A DNA stretch of 64,000 bases from Marsupella aquatica (lineage: Eukaryota; Plantae; Marchantiophyta), in the NCBI GenBank assembly GCA_973895155.1, contig OZ316898.1, positions 250,751 through 314,750 of the forward strand, written 5' to 3'. Every line of letters starts with the position of its first letter. Position 1 is the stretch's first letter. The notes below the pieces were generated by a model that was given only the letters and a program-made list of their open reading frames with translations, was not told the origin of the DNA and ran no database searches. This document shows positions 20,434-33,299 of this stretch, in pieces. Both the position numbers and the translations under genes were made by a program.

Positions 20434-22379
20434 TGTTTAAATTGGTCATCGTAGCCTGGGGTTTGGTTTTACTGGTTTAGTCACTTCGTTTTGTGGTTGC
20501 CTATTTGTTCTAAAGCATCTGAAATTGCAGGGCCTTTCCACAAAGAAGAAGGGGTTGGCGCCTTCTACCTTCAAGCTTCCGATCAATTGTGGCAAGAGCG
20601 GGGGCAAGAGTCTTATGCTCCGATCAAGGTAACAATGTAGTGAAGGCCCGAGTGAAGGTTTTCCTAGTTCCTGGGTTTTCTGTTGAACATATTTTTCTGT
20701 TTCGGTTACTTCCATATAGTGTATTGTTGCCCACTCCTATCATCTAAATGTTGGATAGTCCAAGTCTATTCTGCTCTGTAAATAGATAGAATGTGCGCCT
20801 GGACAGAATGAGGAGAAAGAGAAAGTGATCCCATTGTGCAGCGAGCAATGTTCAGTTTTTGCTTCACAAGCCCGTTGATGTTAATTGATGTTCATTCTTG
20901 TCTCTTCTCTACAGGTGAAGCGCAAGGCTAGGCCCCGGGCTAGGCAGACATTTGCTAGCCTTGTTACACTAGCGGAACAACAATTGGGGAGAAAGCAGCG
21001 GGGAAAGCAGTTGGTCAGCTTTTGAGTGCTGGTGAGTATGCTTAACTTCTTGAAATCTGTACTAGGTCCTTGGATGAATACCTCGTGTTATTTGCCTTAT
21101 TCTTGTTGTAATGTCGTTTCTCTTGTTGTAATGTCGTGGCGGAGCGGTACCTCTCATTCTGCTCTCTCCTCCTCCACTGCCTCTGTGAGCGCTTGCTTTG
21201 ATGCGTCATTTAACTACCTTTGTGGGTTGAAGCATTTTGTTGAAGCTCCGCGCATCAGTGTCAGCTCTGTTAATTTACGCTCTGTCTCGTAAGGTCAAGT
21301 TGTTTGCGCCTAGGTCAGCATTTTCTGAAGCTCTCGCGCGAAGAAATTTTAGCTTTAGCTCGCTACTACATTTGGTAAAGCTTAGCTTTAAAACTCTATC
21401 TGTGCTTGGGCTTTTCGAGTAGTCGGTGATCATTGAATTTGATGTACTTAAGTTTCTGGAATTATGGCTCCTGCAGTTAGCTTGACTTCTCTGCCGCAAT
21501 TGGGACTTCCGGTGTGCATGGTCTAACTAGCATCTCGCAGAAAATTTAGCATCTCATTTACTCCTACAGGTTTATTGTCACAGGCAGGAGCAGAGTTGGA
21601 GTAGTGGCTGAAACTTAGACCAACAGTTGGGCGTCAAGAAACGATGGTGAGTACTCAGTCTAACTGGTGAAATATTGTCTTCTTTGGTTTTTGAATGTGT
21701 GCCATTGTTGAATTACATATTTGTGGGCATGTTGTATGACCCCAAGGACCTATCATTCGTTTTGTTTTACAGGTTTGGAGGTGGGCCGAGGCCGGGGCTC
21801 AACGCTTGTCTACAGTATCGTATTTGGCCGCGAGGTTACATCACTCTAAGGTGACACATCATTTTGCATATTAATTGTTTCTCCTTCTCCGCTATTGTAT
21901 GATATGATTTGCGACTACTGTCATCTGCTTTCTAATTGCCAATGCAGTCCTGTAGTGTCATTCCGAGTCTCGTTTCTTTTATTGAATGGATTTGTTTGTC
22001 GTCTCCGCAGGTGAAGTGCAAGGGCTGCCCGGAAAGTGTGAGTTGTCTTGAAAGTTCTGGCACATTCAGGTCCGGGATTCAGGTTCTTGGCGTCAATTGT
22101 CTTGTGAGTAGAAGTCCCGGTAGAAGTCAATCTATAAGCAATATGTCACGTGAGACAAAGGTCAATGCCATATGGAGCCTTTCTATGCAAGTCATAGGGG
22201 CATTTGTGTGCTCTACGGTCGGATTGTGTACTGAAAATTTACTGTGGACTCTGTTGGGTTTGCTTAGCCAACTATTTTGATTTTTGCATGAAATTTTGGA
22301 GCGATTCATCGCTCTTGCGCGTCCACCCCTAGAGATGGCTGATGCTGGGGGTGCAGAGGCCCCTCATCCTGACATTGTC

Positions 22380-22648
22380 GGCCAGCAAGTGAAGAAGAAG
22401 CAAGCTCAAGTGAAGCAACGTCATGACAAGAAGTTGAAGAAGCCGACTTCTTTACTTGCTGGACAGTTGGTATTACTCTATGATAGTAGGTATGCTCATT
22501 TTCCAGGCAAGTTGCATACTCGATGGTTGGGTCATTTGTTCACCAGGTTTATGCTAATGGGTCAATTCAGCTTGCTACTCTTGAAGGAGAGGTGTTTTCT
22601 ACTAGAGTGCACCATGATTGATTGAAGCGATATTATAATCAGGAATGA
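22380..22648 (+). pseudogene. Integrase C-terminal remnant of element F
   Basis: HDKKLK...GQLVLLYDSRYAHFPGKLHTRWLG matches the INT C-terminus of element A; frameshifted. Confidence 0.85.
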
Positions 22649-22688
22649 GTGTGTTTGTGGGGACGCTGCACACTTAAGTAGGGGGCTA

Positions 22689-22940
22689 TGTGGAATGGCT
22701 CGATATAGGTTTATGTAAGAAACTTGTCATTTTTTTGCTCTTTGGACAAGGAATAGTAAGAAAGACATTTTAAGTGCTATCGGAGTAACTAGGTTTTAGG
22801 AACTTAAGTAGGTAGAATAGGAAAGATAGTGGAATGGAAGGTTACTGAGTTGTAAGCAAGTGACAAGGGATAAGAAAGATGGGGCATACAACGTTCCGTC
22901 CTTATTAGAATAGGCGACTATTCCGAGCCGGAGAAACAAC
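22689..22940 (+). repeat. Start of the element F 3' LTR, interrupted by the CACTA element and presumably resuming at 40097
   Basis: PPT TTAAGTAGGGGGCTA (22674-22688) followed by TGTGG; homologous LTR start at 52599. Confidence 0.75.
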
Positions 22941-23766
22941 CACTAGTAGAAACCGGGGGGTATTTAGACCCCATTAAACGACTATTCAGTACCGTATAGG
23001 ACTTGGAAACGACTGGGAAGGACTCTAGTCCTTTATAGGACTGCGAGTCGTATGTTTTGTTACTATAATCAACTGAGTCCTTTATAGAACTGGTTTATAA
23101 GTCGTTTAATAGACTGGATTTTCAGTCTATTTTAGTCTTTGTGTGGGTAGCTTTGGTGAGTCGTTTTTAGTCTTTTATGGGCTGCGATGATGAGTCGTTG
23201 GGAATGACTAAAAAGGTTATGGAGGGTAGTCTTTAAATATACTTTGTGGGGTATGTATAAGTCTTTCATGTCAACTGGATATGAGTGATGAAGACCCCAC
23301 TATACTACTTGGAATGAACCCACTCTTGTGCACAAATAACATATTGCATTCATGTTTTATTGTGTACTTGGAATGAACTCACTCTATAAGTTCACCATTC
23401 ATCATGTTAACATTAGAATACATAGTTTCAGAAAGCCATCTTCTATACCATGTACACTAATATGAATTCACAGATTCAAATTTCATAGACTACAAAGAAG
23501 GTCACAAAGTATTCCTCTATACCATACACACTAATACTGAAATGATAAAATAGATTCAAGTATCATAGACAATCACCATAGAGCCATAGTTTGACATCAA
23601 TCACTTGTTTCATACATACAGAATTCAGAAATATCAATGTCACACACAACGTCTCCTTCATCCTCTTTACCAAATGGAAAAATTGGTACAGATATTTCTT
23701 GGATCTTTCCAAGGCAATGTCAAAATGTGACACAATTCACATGATTCTATCTACACTTGCATTCAG

Positions 23767-26700
23767 TCACTGCAGACTAACACACTCTGATGGCCAGAGC
23801 ACAAGAGATCCTACTGCATCTGCAATTATTTCTTGAGGTGGATCATCGTCTCTATTCGGAAATGGCAAATTACAATTAGATACAATCACTGTAGTCAACA
23901 ACACTACTACATGGTCATCCGGGACCACTTTGCCATGGAATTGTGCATGATCCGGTCGCAAAATGCCTGTACCCACACATACCTGCGAGTCATCCTCCCA
24001 TGATAGAAGATTATGGACTGGCTCTGCTGTGGCTATCACCTCCACCTTACCCTGGCTGTTTTTCTTGGCTTTCCTGGGTGGCTTATACATGACATTATTC
24101 ATACCTTGGTTGCGAGTCATGACTTTGGCACGAGTGTTTTGTGCTGGTGATCGAGAATTGGCTACACTCTTCTTCAAAGAATCTGCATCCATATTTGACA
24201 CTTCTGATTGTGTAGCAGGATTTCCCTGCAACATCATCTCAGTATCTGCCAACATTGTACTTGCTTCAATTGAAGCATCTACAATCTTACTTGCATCCAA
24301 TGTTGCTCCCAAGTTTCGACGTCGCTTCACCCTACTCCCACTTGGTTGAGAGTCTGTCAACTCTGCATCAACTACAATTCAGTGTCATGTCCAACATAAG
24401 TCAATCACTCATCACATGTGCTAAATGTACATGTCACCAACCACAAAGTTGTCACTATCTCCTTACCATTATGAACAGCCTTCTTCCCCTTCTTTGCCAT
24501 TGCCATATGCTCCATGTCTGCTTCTATTGATCAATAAACACACCACAATATTCAGGTTGAATCTATTAACCACTGAATTGTTGCTCAACATTCATATAGA
24601 GGAATTTAAAGCATCAGCTTACCTGATACCTCCTTGGCTATGGTCACTGAGGCACTGGGCACATCTTCTTCATTATTGCTCTTTGAATCACCTGATACAT
24701 CAATCATGATGTCACTTCAGATCCCAGTTCATCCAACCAGTTCTTACAGAAAAGATTACTTCCAACCGGCTTAAGCTTCACAAAACTCCATGCACTTTTC
24801 AAATGTAATGTACTGGATCATAGCAGGTTACCTGTCTCAGCAACCTTCTTGCCCTTTTGCTTACTGATTACAGGGTCCTTCTCTGCCTCCACTCTTCCTG
24901 CATTCAAACCATTCACTCAATTCATGAAAACTTACTTCTAACATTTGAACATAGGACACAATGAACAATGGGCCGGTGTCATTTCCATACCTGTGTCAGA
25001 TTTGCCAATTCCCTTTTTTGTTAACAAGGGCACACTTTGTACAATGTTGCCCTCATTGTTTGGTTGGGAACCACCCAATTTTTCAATCACAAGCTTGAAA
25101 TTAGATTCCACTGATGCAAGAAGGTTCGCTACAGATGCCTCCACAATATCCAAACGATCAGCCAATTTACTTTCCACTCGAGGGAGTCCACACTCTAATG
25201 ACTTCAACCGTTCACACATCTCTGTGAGAGTTGTAACAGTTCCCTGTCATAACACAGCTTACATATCTCAGATAACTGTCCCCAAGAACTGGTTGCTTAC
25301 TTCCTACTACATTTCTTTCTGATGCTCAAGGCCAAATAGTCACAGAACATACAGAATTACAACATAATCACCTGTTTAGAAGTCACACTTGTCACCTCAC
25401 TCCTTTGTTTCATGAACTCCTCTCTCACTTCTTGTGCTGATGGTTCTTCACTTGTCAATTTCTTCTGCAGTCCACATCAACATACATATGAATGAAACCA
25501 AGTGTTGATTGTCAATGAAAATGTAATAATGGTAGCAAGATGATAAGTTTGAGGCTTACTATCAGGCATGTCACTGCCTTACCAATTGTTCTTTCACTGG
25601 AGCATAACTTCCTCTCCCAACCTGTGAAAGGTGTTTCACTTTGCCTCGAGCATTTGACATCAGTTCACTCTTGCTCTGTCCAGCCTCCGACATGAACCCT
25701 TTGATTAACCGTGTCCATTGATCCAGTTCCAATGATGGGGGTGGTGGCATTCTCCTGTTAGAACCATTGTCTATCCACATCCTTTTCAACCTATGCCTCT
25801 CTTGTTTCAAAATCCTCATTGCATAATCTGATATGCAATCTTCAACTGGGCCCTTACCATCATTACCAACATAGTCCCACCATTCAAGAATGTCCTTGCA
25901 GATAGCAGCCCAATCAACTTTGTTCTGACTCCTAAACTCTGTAATGCTCAAATCTAACCAACGCAATACTTCTCCTCTTAGGTCAGAATGCCAACGGTTC
26001 TTACCATCACATGTGGGAGTTATCCAACCTTCGGAATTCACTTCTACTTTACCAAATTTGTTACTGTCTCCTGCCTTGGTACTCCCTAAAGCGCTACTAT
26101 GTGTCCCTCCACGGCCTGGTGTCCCCCCACAGCCTGGGGTCCCTCCACGGCCTGATCTCCCCCCACGGCCTGGATTGCATTGTCCAAACCTCCCTGGAGT
26201 CCCTGCACATTTACAGGATCCATTTACAGTCACTTACATTAGGTAAGTATGAATCATAAATCCTGCTGCCAAATATACACTGGACTTCAGAGCAATTCTG
26301 CAATGACCAAGTTACCTCTCCCTTGGCGCATAGATGGTTCTGGACCACCTGTCCTATTGCTTTGTCTTGATGAATTAGGGCCGTTTCTCCCGCCTGTGAA
26401 TGATTGCCGCCTATCTGAACGTGGATGGCCTTTGTTGTTTTCGTGATTGTCCCAATCAGAGTCTGCATACCAACAGGTACATGCCACACTCATGGACCTG
26501 TAAGATAAACTCTTTGCCCTAGCTACACATCAGATAAGTCCATATTGAGCTAAATCTCTACTACCATCACAAAATCACTAGCACAAGGCACTTACTTGTC
26601 CAATCATCCTCCTCACCTTTCCATTGCCCTCTGTACCCATCTCTACCACGCTCTGGGTGTTCATATTCATCCCATCCATCTTCTGCTCCATCATAGTCAT

Positions 26701-26938
26701 CATCATAATTATCAGGCGTCCCTTGCCAATAACTCTGGCTCCTTCTAGGGTATGGATTATGTGATTTCTCTCTAGCTGCCCACCTACGTGGGACTTGATG
26801 AGGGCCCTGTGCATCCTGCACAGGTGCATTTTTCTGTGAGCCCCCTGCATCTGGGTCTCCATCCATATCCAATCTTTCCTCTTCACCCCACTCTCCAAGC
26901 CCCATGTCTGTCTCCATGTCATCACCCTCTTCCCCCAT
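23767..26938 (-). CDS. TnpA/Ptta-like second CACTA gene, multi-exon (exon boundaries approximate)
   Basis: ERHRLKRMW...WTRLIKGF...SELMSNAR...GRGSY (Transposase_24-like); C-terminal GTG...FHGKVVPDDHVVV...DAVGSLVLWP (TNP1/En/Spm-like); several GT-AG introns. Confidence 0.75.
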
Positions 26939-27115
26939 AGCTTCTGCACAGCACCCACAACCAAACAGGGAGAATCAGCACACTAAATTCAAAGTATCAA
27001 TCAATTTCATGCATATCCAACTATCCTAAACATCATTCCAGGCAGCAATTCCCGTTCTGTGACTCTGTGCAGGTAGTCATCCTCAACCTCATACTTGCCA
27101 ATCGCCAGCTGTTGC

Positions 27116-30100
27116 CTATTGCAAATCATCAACCTCATCATATTCCATTTGCCCAGGTTCATCATATGTCTCTCTCAATGTTAAGGGGATGTAGTCAGTC
27201 CCTGCCCGAGTTGGAAGTACAGTCTCATGACTAGGATGCTCGAATGCAGCATGGTCATCCAAACTGAACTCTACTTTACTTCCATCCATCCGCCTGTTCC
27301 GTGCTTGGCTATGGCATACCACCCTCCAGCCATGTGACTCCTCCACATCTGCAAAGAAAGCCTGTTCAACTTGGCTAGGGAAAACAAAAGGCTCAGACCA
27401 TTCTGGTACTCTGGACCTAAAATTGGCCAACAAGAACCCATCATGATCACGCTTCATGGTGGCCCTTGGTCTCTGCCACTCTGATTTCACCCATGATCCC
27501 TTCATCAATATCACTGGGACACTTGTGTTACCATAATTCAACACCCAAATGTCGGTCAACTCCCCCACGTAACCCATCGTCATCCACCCCCTCTGTTCTT
27601 CAGAGGTTCTCTGCTCAAACACAGAAATCAAACCACAATCATATGATACACAATGGTCACCCTGCTCATCCCTCACTCGATAATGATTTCCATAAGCTCT
27701 CATCCGTTTGTAGGTCAGAATAGACAATCGTGGTGGCACAGATAGAAGATACAAATCCTTCTCCATATCTGGGTGATGTCTACTATGCTCTCGAATTGTC
27801 ACCCGAATCCACTGCTCGAACTGTGGGAAGGGATCCTGCTGCCCAGAGTGTGCAGCTTTTTGCATATCATATTCCCTGCAATATGAGGTACAGGCATAGT
27901 TAGGTCTAAATAACACATGACAACCTAAGATCACCCTTGGAACAGACAAGAAGCATCACAACAAAGGCAAGTCAATTCAATCACTCACCTCCACCATGGT
28001 TGCATAGGCTCTGTGTTTGCCAGCACATATGAATGAGCCTTGTCTCGAATTGCAACAGGCAGCTGAACAGCACGTCCCACACCTTCAACAACCTCGCCAC
28101 TCACTCCATCATCTTCACCAGATTTCCAAACTCTTGTCATAGCTTCACCAGACCCAGCCATGTACTCTGTTAGGAATCCCAACGTCTCATCCTTAATGTA
28201 CCCCAATGCCATGGAAGCCTCTGGCCTGTAGTATGTTCTCACATGACCTTTCAACAACTTCATGTATCGCTCCATAGGGTACATCCATCTGGTACTGACT
28301 GGCCCATACTGCCCTAGCTCTTCTACCACATGGATTAGGAGATGAGTCATAACATCAAAGAAAGCAGGGGGGAAGTATATCTCCAAGTCACAGAGGACAT
28401 AAGCAGCATCCTACTTCAACTGCTCCAATCCTTGGGGATCCCACACTTTCACACATATACGGCGAAATACATTGCACAGTCGAAGAATGACATTACGGAC
28501 TGGTTTCTGCATGAGACCTCTGAGGCATAGGGGCAGAATGTGCTGCATCAACACATGGTAGTCATGTGTTTTCATACTGCCAAGTTTATTCTTTGTAATA
28601 TGCTTCTTGAAGGCACCAGCATAGCCAAAGGGCACTTTCAGACAGCTCAATCTATACAAGAATGTCTTCCATTCATCCTGTGTGCACACATAGGGAGCTT
28701 GGAACTTGAGAAGTACATTGGGATTGCTTGCATGGGGCTTCAACCAAAGGTGAGGGCGAATCCCCTTCTGTTGCATATCAGCTCGAACTGCTCCTGTATC
28801 TTTCTCACCCGACAAGAACTTCAGCAAGCTCTCACAAATATTTTTCTCAATGTGCATGACGTCCACATTGTGTTTGCTGGGCTCGAATTCCTGCACTCCA
28901 CAAAGCAAAGAATTCAACAACAGAAACACTAGTTAACCACATAGGAGGATTGTAACCAACATCAATCCACCATTGCTCCAATCTAAAATTGCAATCATAC
29001 AGGGGCTGGAGGCTAAGTACATTACCCTCCAGTACTCCAACTCCAAGTCCATCAAGGTCTGTCTTTTCACACCGTGTTTCACCACTGGATCCTCAGGTTC
29101 TCGATCAGTGGCACTTCTCTTGTCCCAATCAGCCTTCCTGGCTGCCCACCTCAGGACTTGCTCTCTGGTGACCCTCTGTGGTGGGCCACGAAGCTCTGTT
29201 TTGTTGTTGAAGTGTGCAATTTGAGACCGTGTGTGCCTGTAAGGATGATCAACAGGCAGATACCTTCTATGCCCCTGAAATTTCATATTGTGCAGGGCAT
29301 GCGACCACTCACTTGTCACATTTTTCCCGCATGGTGTGCACCCCACATAGCCCTTTGTCACTCGTCCAGATATGATGCCATGGCCTGGGTAATCTGCTAT
29401 ATCCAGCAAACAAATTGCATGCAGTCTAAAGGGGCTGGGTCGAAGAAGCCCCTTCAGAACATCATGGGTTAACACCCCTTCTATCCACAAAGTCTTCCAC
29501 TCTTCCACTGTTGGAGCCAACATGATATCTATGAATTGCTCGGTCACAGAAGCTGGTCCAGGGATTAACAGCACCATCATGACAAAAAACCTCTTTGTAG
29601 TCATCCATGGGGGAAGGTTGTAATTTAGCAGCGTAACCGGCCAACATGAATAACGGTTGTTTTTGTCTCCAAATGGGTTTACTCCATCCAGTGATAGACC
29701 AAATCGAAAGTTCCGCTTCTCTGCAGCAAACTGTGGCCACCTCTCATCAACAAATTTCCAATGGTTGGAATCTCCAATGTGACGCTGCAGGCCATCACTG
29801 CTCTTGTTATCAGGAGTCCATGTCATCAGCTTGGAAATGGCAGGGCATCTAAACAGACGTTGTAGTCTAGGAATGAAAGGAAAATGACGAAGAACCTTGG
29901 CAGGGTGTGTACATTTCCCTACATTCTTGTACCTGTGCTTACCACAATGAGGGCATGTCAATTTATCTGCATGCTCTTTGCGAAAGAGAACACACCCATC
30001 AGGGCATGCGTCAATAGACACATAGTTCAGCCCAAGGTTAGACATCAATTTCCTAGCCTCGTACATATTTTTTGGAATTGAATTACCATCTGGTAACACA

Positions 30101-30828
30101 TTTCGGCGCAGGAAGGTCAACAACTCTGTCACAAATATATTGGGAACATTGTGATTGCCACAGATGTTCAACAACAACACGACAAAACCCAACTTGGAGC
30201 AGTTCGACCCCTCGTAGATAGGAATGCAAGCTTCTTTGATGTGTTTTGGGCCCCCAAACACCCACTCCCTCTCTGCTGCACCTTCCCCAATGTCAAAGTC
30301 AGGTTCAGCTTGGCCGTCGCCAATGTGTGGCTGCGGTTCATTGTCCTCTTCTGATTCCACTGTGTCGTAAAAAGCATCAAGGTCTTCAAAAATCTCTTGA
30401 ACCATTCTTGGGACATCCATCCCACCGTCCTCAGTGACTGCCTCTGCATCTCCATCTTGGTCATCCACGTTCTCATGTTGGACCCCAGGACCATCCTTTG
30501 CACAGTCTATGTCCTGCTCTACATAGTCTCTACGCCTAGCTGTATTAGAATCCACAAAGTCAGCTCTCCACTCTTCATCAGAGGAGTCTTCTTCTGCTGG
30601 TACATTCCAAACCCTCCACCGAGGGTGCCTTTCATGCCGCAGCAGGTGAAGGTGCACAGTGTTCAAACTCAATGACTTGAATCCTTGGCACTGTGTGCAT
30701 GGGCATCTCATCCTCCTACTCCTACCTTGGGCGGCCCGGGCTTGTTCACGCATCCACAATTTAGAATCATGATGCCTAATCCTAAATGGGTTGTGAAGAG
30801 GCAACCTTGGAGCCATCACTATACACAC
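27116..30828 (-). pseudogene. CACTA TnpD-like transposase, three exons (introns about 28891-29025 and 27876-27988), with one in-frame TAG at 28411-28413
   Basis: CPCxxC, IDACPDGC, LSLDGVNPF, DVMHIEKN, LKVPFGY, HDYHVLMQ, FPPAFFDVMTHL, GPVSTRWMYPMER, EPFVFPSQVEQAFF. Confidence 0.93.
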
Positions 30829-31169
30829 GCACTCAGCACCCTGTCATTTTATTATGCAAGTGAAAAATACACTTCCTATTAAGGATTTCACCCCCGACTG
30901 TACTTGCCAAAATACGTAACGTTCCAAAAAAACAAAAAAACAAAAAATATAGGTGCCTGAGTCATGTACCTATTCTCAAGTGAATGAGACAAAATTCCTA
31001 AATGTTTGAGGGTGTCAACTCCTCCGCTGTCCTCACATGTATTGCCTCTACACGTACATCCATGACCATATCAGAGTCCAATCATGTATAGTCATAGACA
31101 CAGGTGCCAGGTGCGAGACCGGTGTGAGATGTCCTCATCTTACTACCACATCAAATACGGATACCAATC

Positions 31170-31712
31170 CTATTGTCGATGCCACTCAGCCCTGAGGTAC
31201 TCAGGCATGTACATTAAGTCATCAAGGTCTAAACCCTGCTCATGCCATGGTGGTCTTCGATCCGTGCCTACAAGCAGTGGCAGCAGTGCCCTCCATGGTG
31301 CACATGTTGCTACCAAGTCCCTCCACTGGGTACTAATTAGTCTATATTTGCAGATATCTTGTGCGCCAGACACCACAAGAACCCTCGGCCAGACATGTGT
31401 AAGAACTATATCATCTGCCAAATCAGGCAACAAGGAACCACCTACAGCATCGTGCTTGTCTAACTCATCTGCTGAAAAGTAAATGTCCTCTTCCGACTGT
31501 GCATCCTCATTCACCACAGCATTCACAACACATCCAAGGTCTGCAGGCATTATCTCGGATGGAGCTACACTCTGTCTGGTTACCAATCCACACAAGTAAG
31601 CCCAAGCAGTAGCCATGCACGATGCAACCCGTAGGAGGACCCTACATAGGGCCTGACGGTCTGGAAGAGGCAGCATACCCACCAAAGTCTTCAGCCAAAC
31701 AGAGCCCAGCAA
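31170..31712 (-). CDS. F-box-like cargo ORF (motif about 31311-31433; start uncertain)
   Basis: LLPDLADDIVLTHVWPRV...ICKYRLISTQWRDLV fits the plant F-box consensus LPxLPDD/E...L.R...R.V.+.WR.L. Confidence 0.65.
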   Translation of the reverse strand: MLGSVWLKTLVGMLPLPDRQALCRVLLRVASCMATAWAYLCGLVTRQSVAPSEIMPADLGCVVNAVVNEDAQSEEDIYFSADELDKHDAVGGSLLPDLADDIVLTHVWPRVLVVSGAQDICKYRLISTQWRDLVATCAPWRALLPLLVGTDRRPPWHEQGLDLDDLMYMPEYLRAEWHRQ

Positions 31713-31852
31713 GTAGATTCACAGTCACACCCCACGCAGCAGGAAACAACAATCACTTCAACTGCGACCAACCATGACAAGATGAGTTAGTTCAAGGATC
31801 ACATTTATTACAAAATTGTGATTTATACAAAAATATGAGGGACTCCTACTCC

Positions 31853-32701
31853 TCACTCTCTCCCACCTTTGCTAAGCATACATCTCCGCTGAATCTTGGA
31901 GGGCCAGGCCTCAAAAATATCAAAGTCCCAAGCATTCTGTCGCTTCCCTCTAGCTGCTGATTCCAGAAGCCAATCAGGGGAAAGCACCCAAAGATTGTTG
32001 TTCATGACAAAATCACGCACTGTTGTCTTAAAGAATTTTCTGCATATTTTCATGTATGACAGACCTACAACATGAGTGGAGGTTTCTGTTAGACTCTCCT
32101 CCACTGTCCCACCTAGCTCAACAACTATAGACTTGTACAGTCTGCACTTAGTCTCCCCAATTCCTTCTTCTGCAAATACCACACTGAACCCCTTCATAAT
32201 GGTATTTCTCTCCTTGCCATGCTCATTCAATATAGCATCTGCACGCATAGGATGGTGTCCTATGTTGACAACAGGTCCATATTGGACAGAAGCAAAGTTG
32301 GGTTTCTCTGCCGCTGCTTCATAGGCTTCCTTTTCAGCCAAAGCCTCTGCAGTGGCCTCCTCACTCTCCCACAACTCATATTGCTCAGTACTCTGTACAC
32401 ACCTATGTTTAACAGAATCGGTCAGCCAAGAGACTTCAACTACTTTTAGACCTTGGTTGGTAATGGCAGAATCAATGAAGGACCATGACCACTTGTTCAT
32501 CACATCCAGCCATGTCCCCGCAACAACATGTGTAGTCTGTGGAGTGATGTCCTTGACTTCAGTCCCATGGAACTCTGAGAATCGTTTTTGTACGATTGGC
32601 CAACTCACTTGGGTGAACCCATAGTGGCCAGGAATCAAAATGGCTTTGATTCCAGCCAACAGAGGCGGGTGGTCAACCTTTGTACGTTTCCTAGAGGCCA
32701 T
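31853..32701 (-). CDS. Tandem-BRCT cargo protein with an N-terminal basic NLS-like segment
   Basis: Two repeats: HGTEV...TTHVVA...VVEVSWLTDSVK and GFSVVF...LGGTV...STHVVG...VLSPDWLLESAARG; first ATG (MASRKRTK) at 32701. Confidence 0.85.
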   Translation of the reverse strand: MASRKRTKVDHPPLLAGIKAILIPGHYGFTQVSWPIVQKRFSEFHGTEVKDITPQTTHVVAGTWLDVMNKWSWSFIDSAITNQGLKVVEVSWLTDSVKHRCVQSTEQYELWESEEATAEALAEKEAYEAAAEKPNFASVQYGPVVNIGHHPMRADAILNEHGKERNTIMKGFSVVFAEEGIGETKCRLYKSIVVELGGTVEESLTETSTHVVGLSYMKICRKFFKTTVRDFVMNNNLWVLSPDWLLESAARGKRQNAWDFDIFEAWPSKIQRRCMLSKGGRE

Positions 32702-33299
32702 GTACACACGGGCCACCTAATCACTGCAGACCGGAAGATAATGCGTTCACCTGATAATCGGAGGGCCCTTAAAATGCTGCGTTTATAACTTGGTCCAGTC
32801 CAGTCGTCTGGTGAGTCTGTGCTCCGATTCCAAACGGGAGAAATATTGGGACAAACGTACTAGACACCTGCAAGCATGCACCTCATAGTTTGAATATGTG
32901 CCTTCACAATATTGAAGGTGACAAGTGCAATTGTTTTGTGATGCCACATACAGATGTTGTAAATGGGCAGACATTCAATGAGAATACAAAATGTTGGTAC
33001 ACTTTAAGGGAATTCTCGCAAATTAAATAGCCTTGTAACTTATATGCTCATAATGAGAAGTCCTGATTTAATTTAAGCAGTGTCATGTAAGTCGTGATCA
33101 AAATGATTGCAGAGTTAAAAAAGTTCCTAGAAGGCTTAAGGGGAGTTTTTGAAGGCATGTACCCAGGAACAAGTAATGAACTTAGGGTACTTGTTGCCTA
33201 AGCATCCTCTCCTACAGAGGTCCTTCTTCTCAAAATTGGAATGTCTGCAATCTCCAAGGTATCCACATCAGGTGCACTATGCATGTACATTATTCAGGT

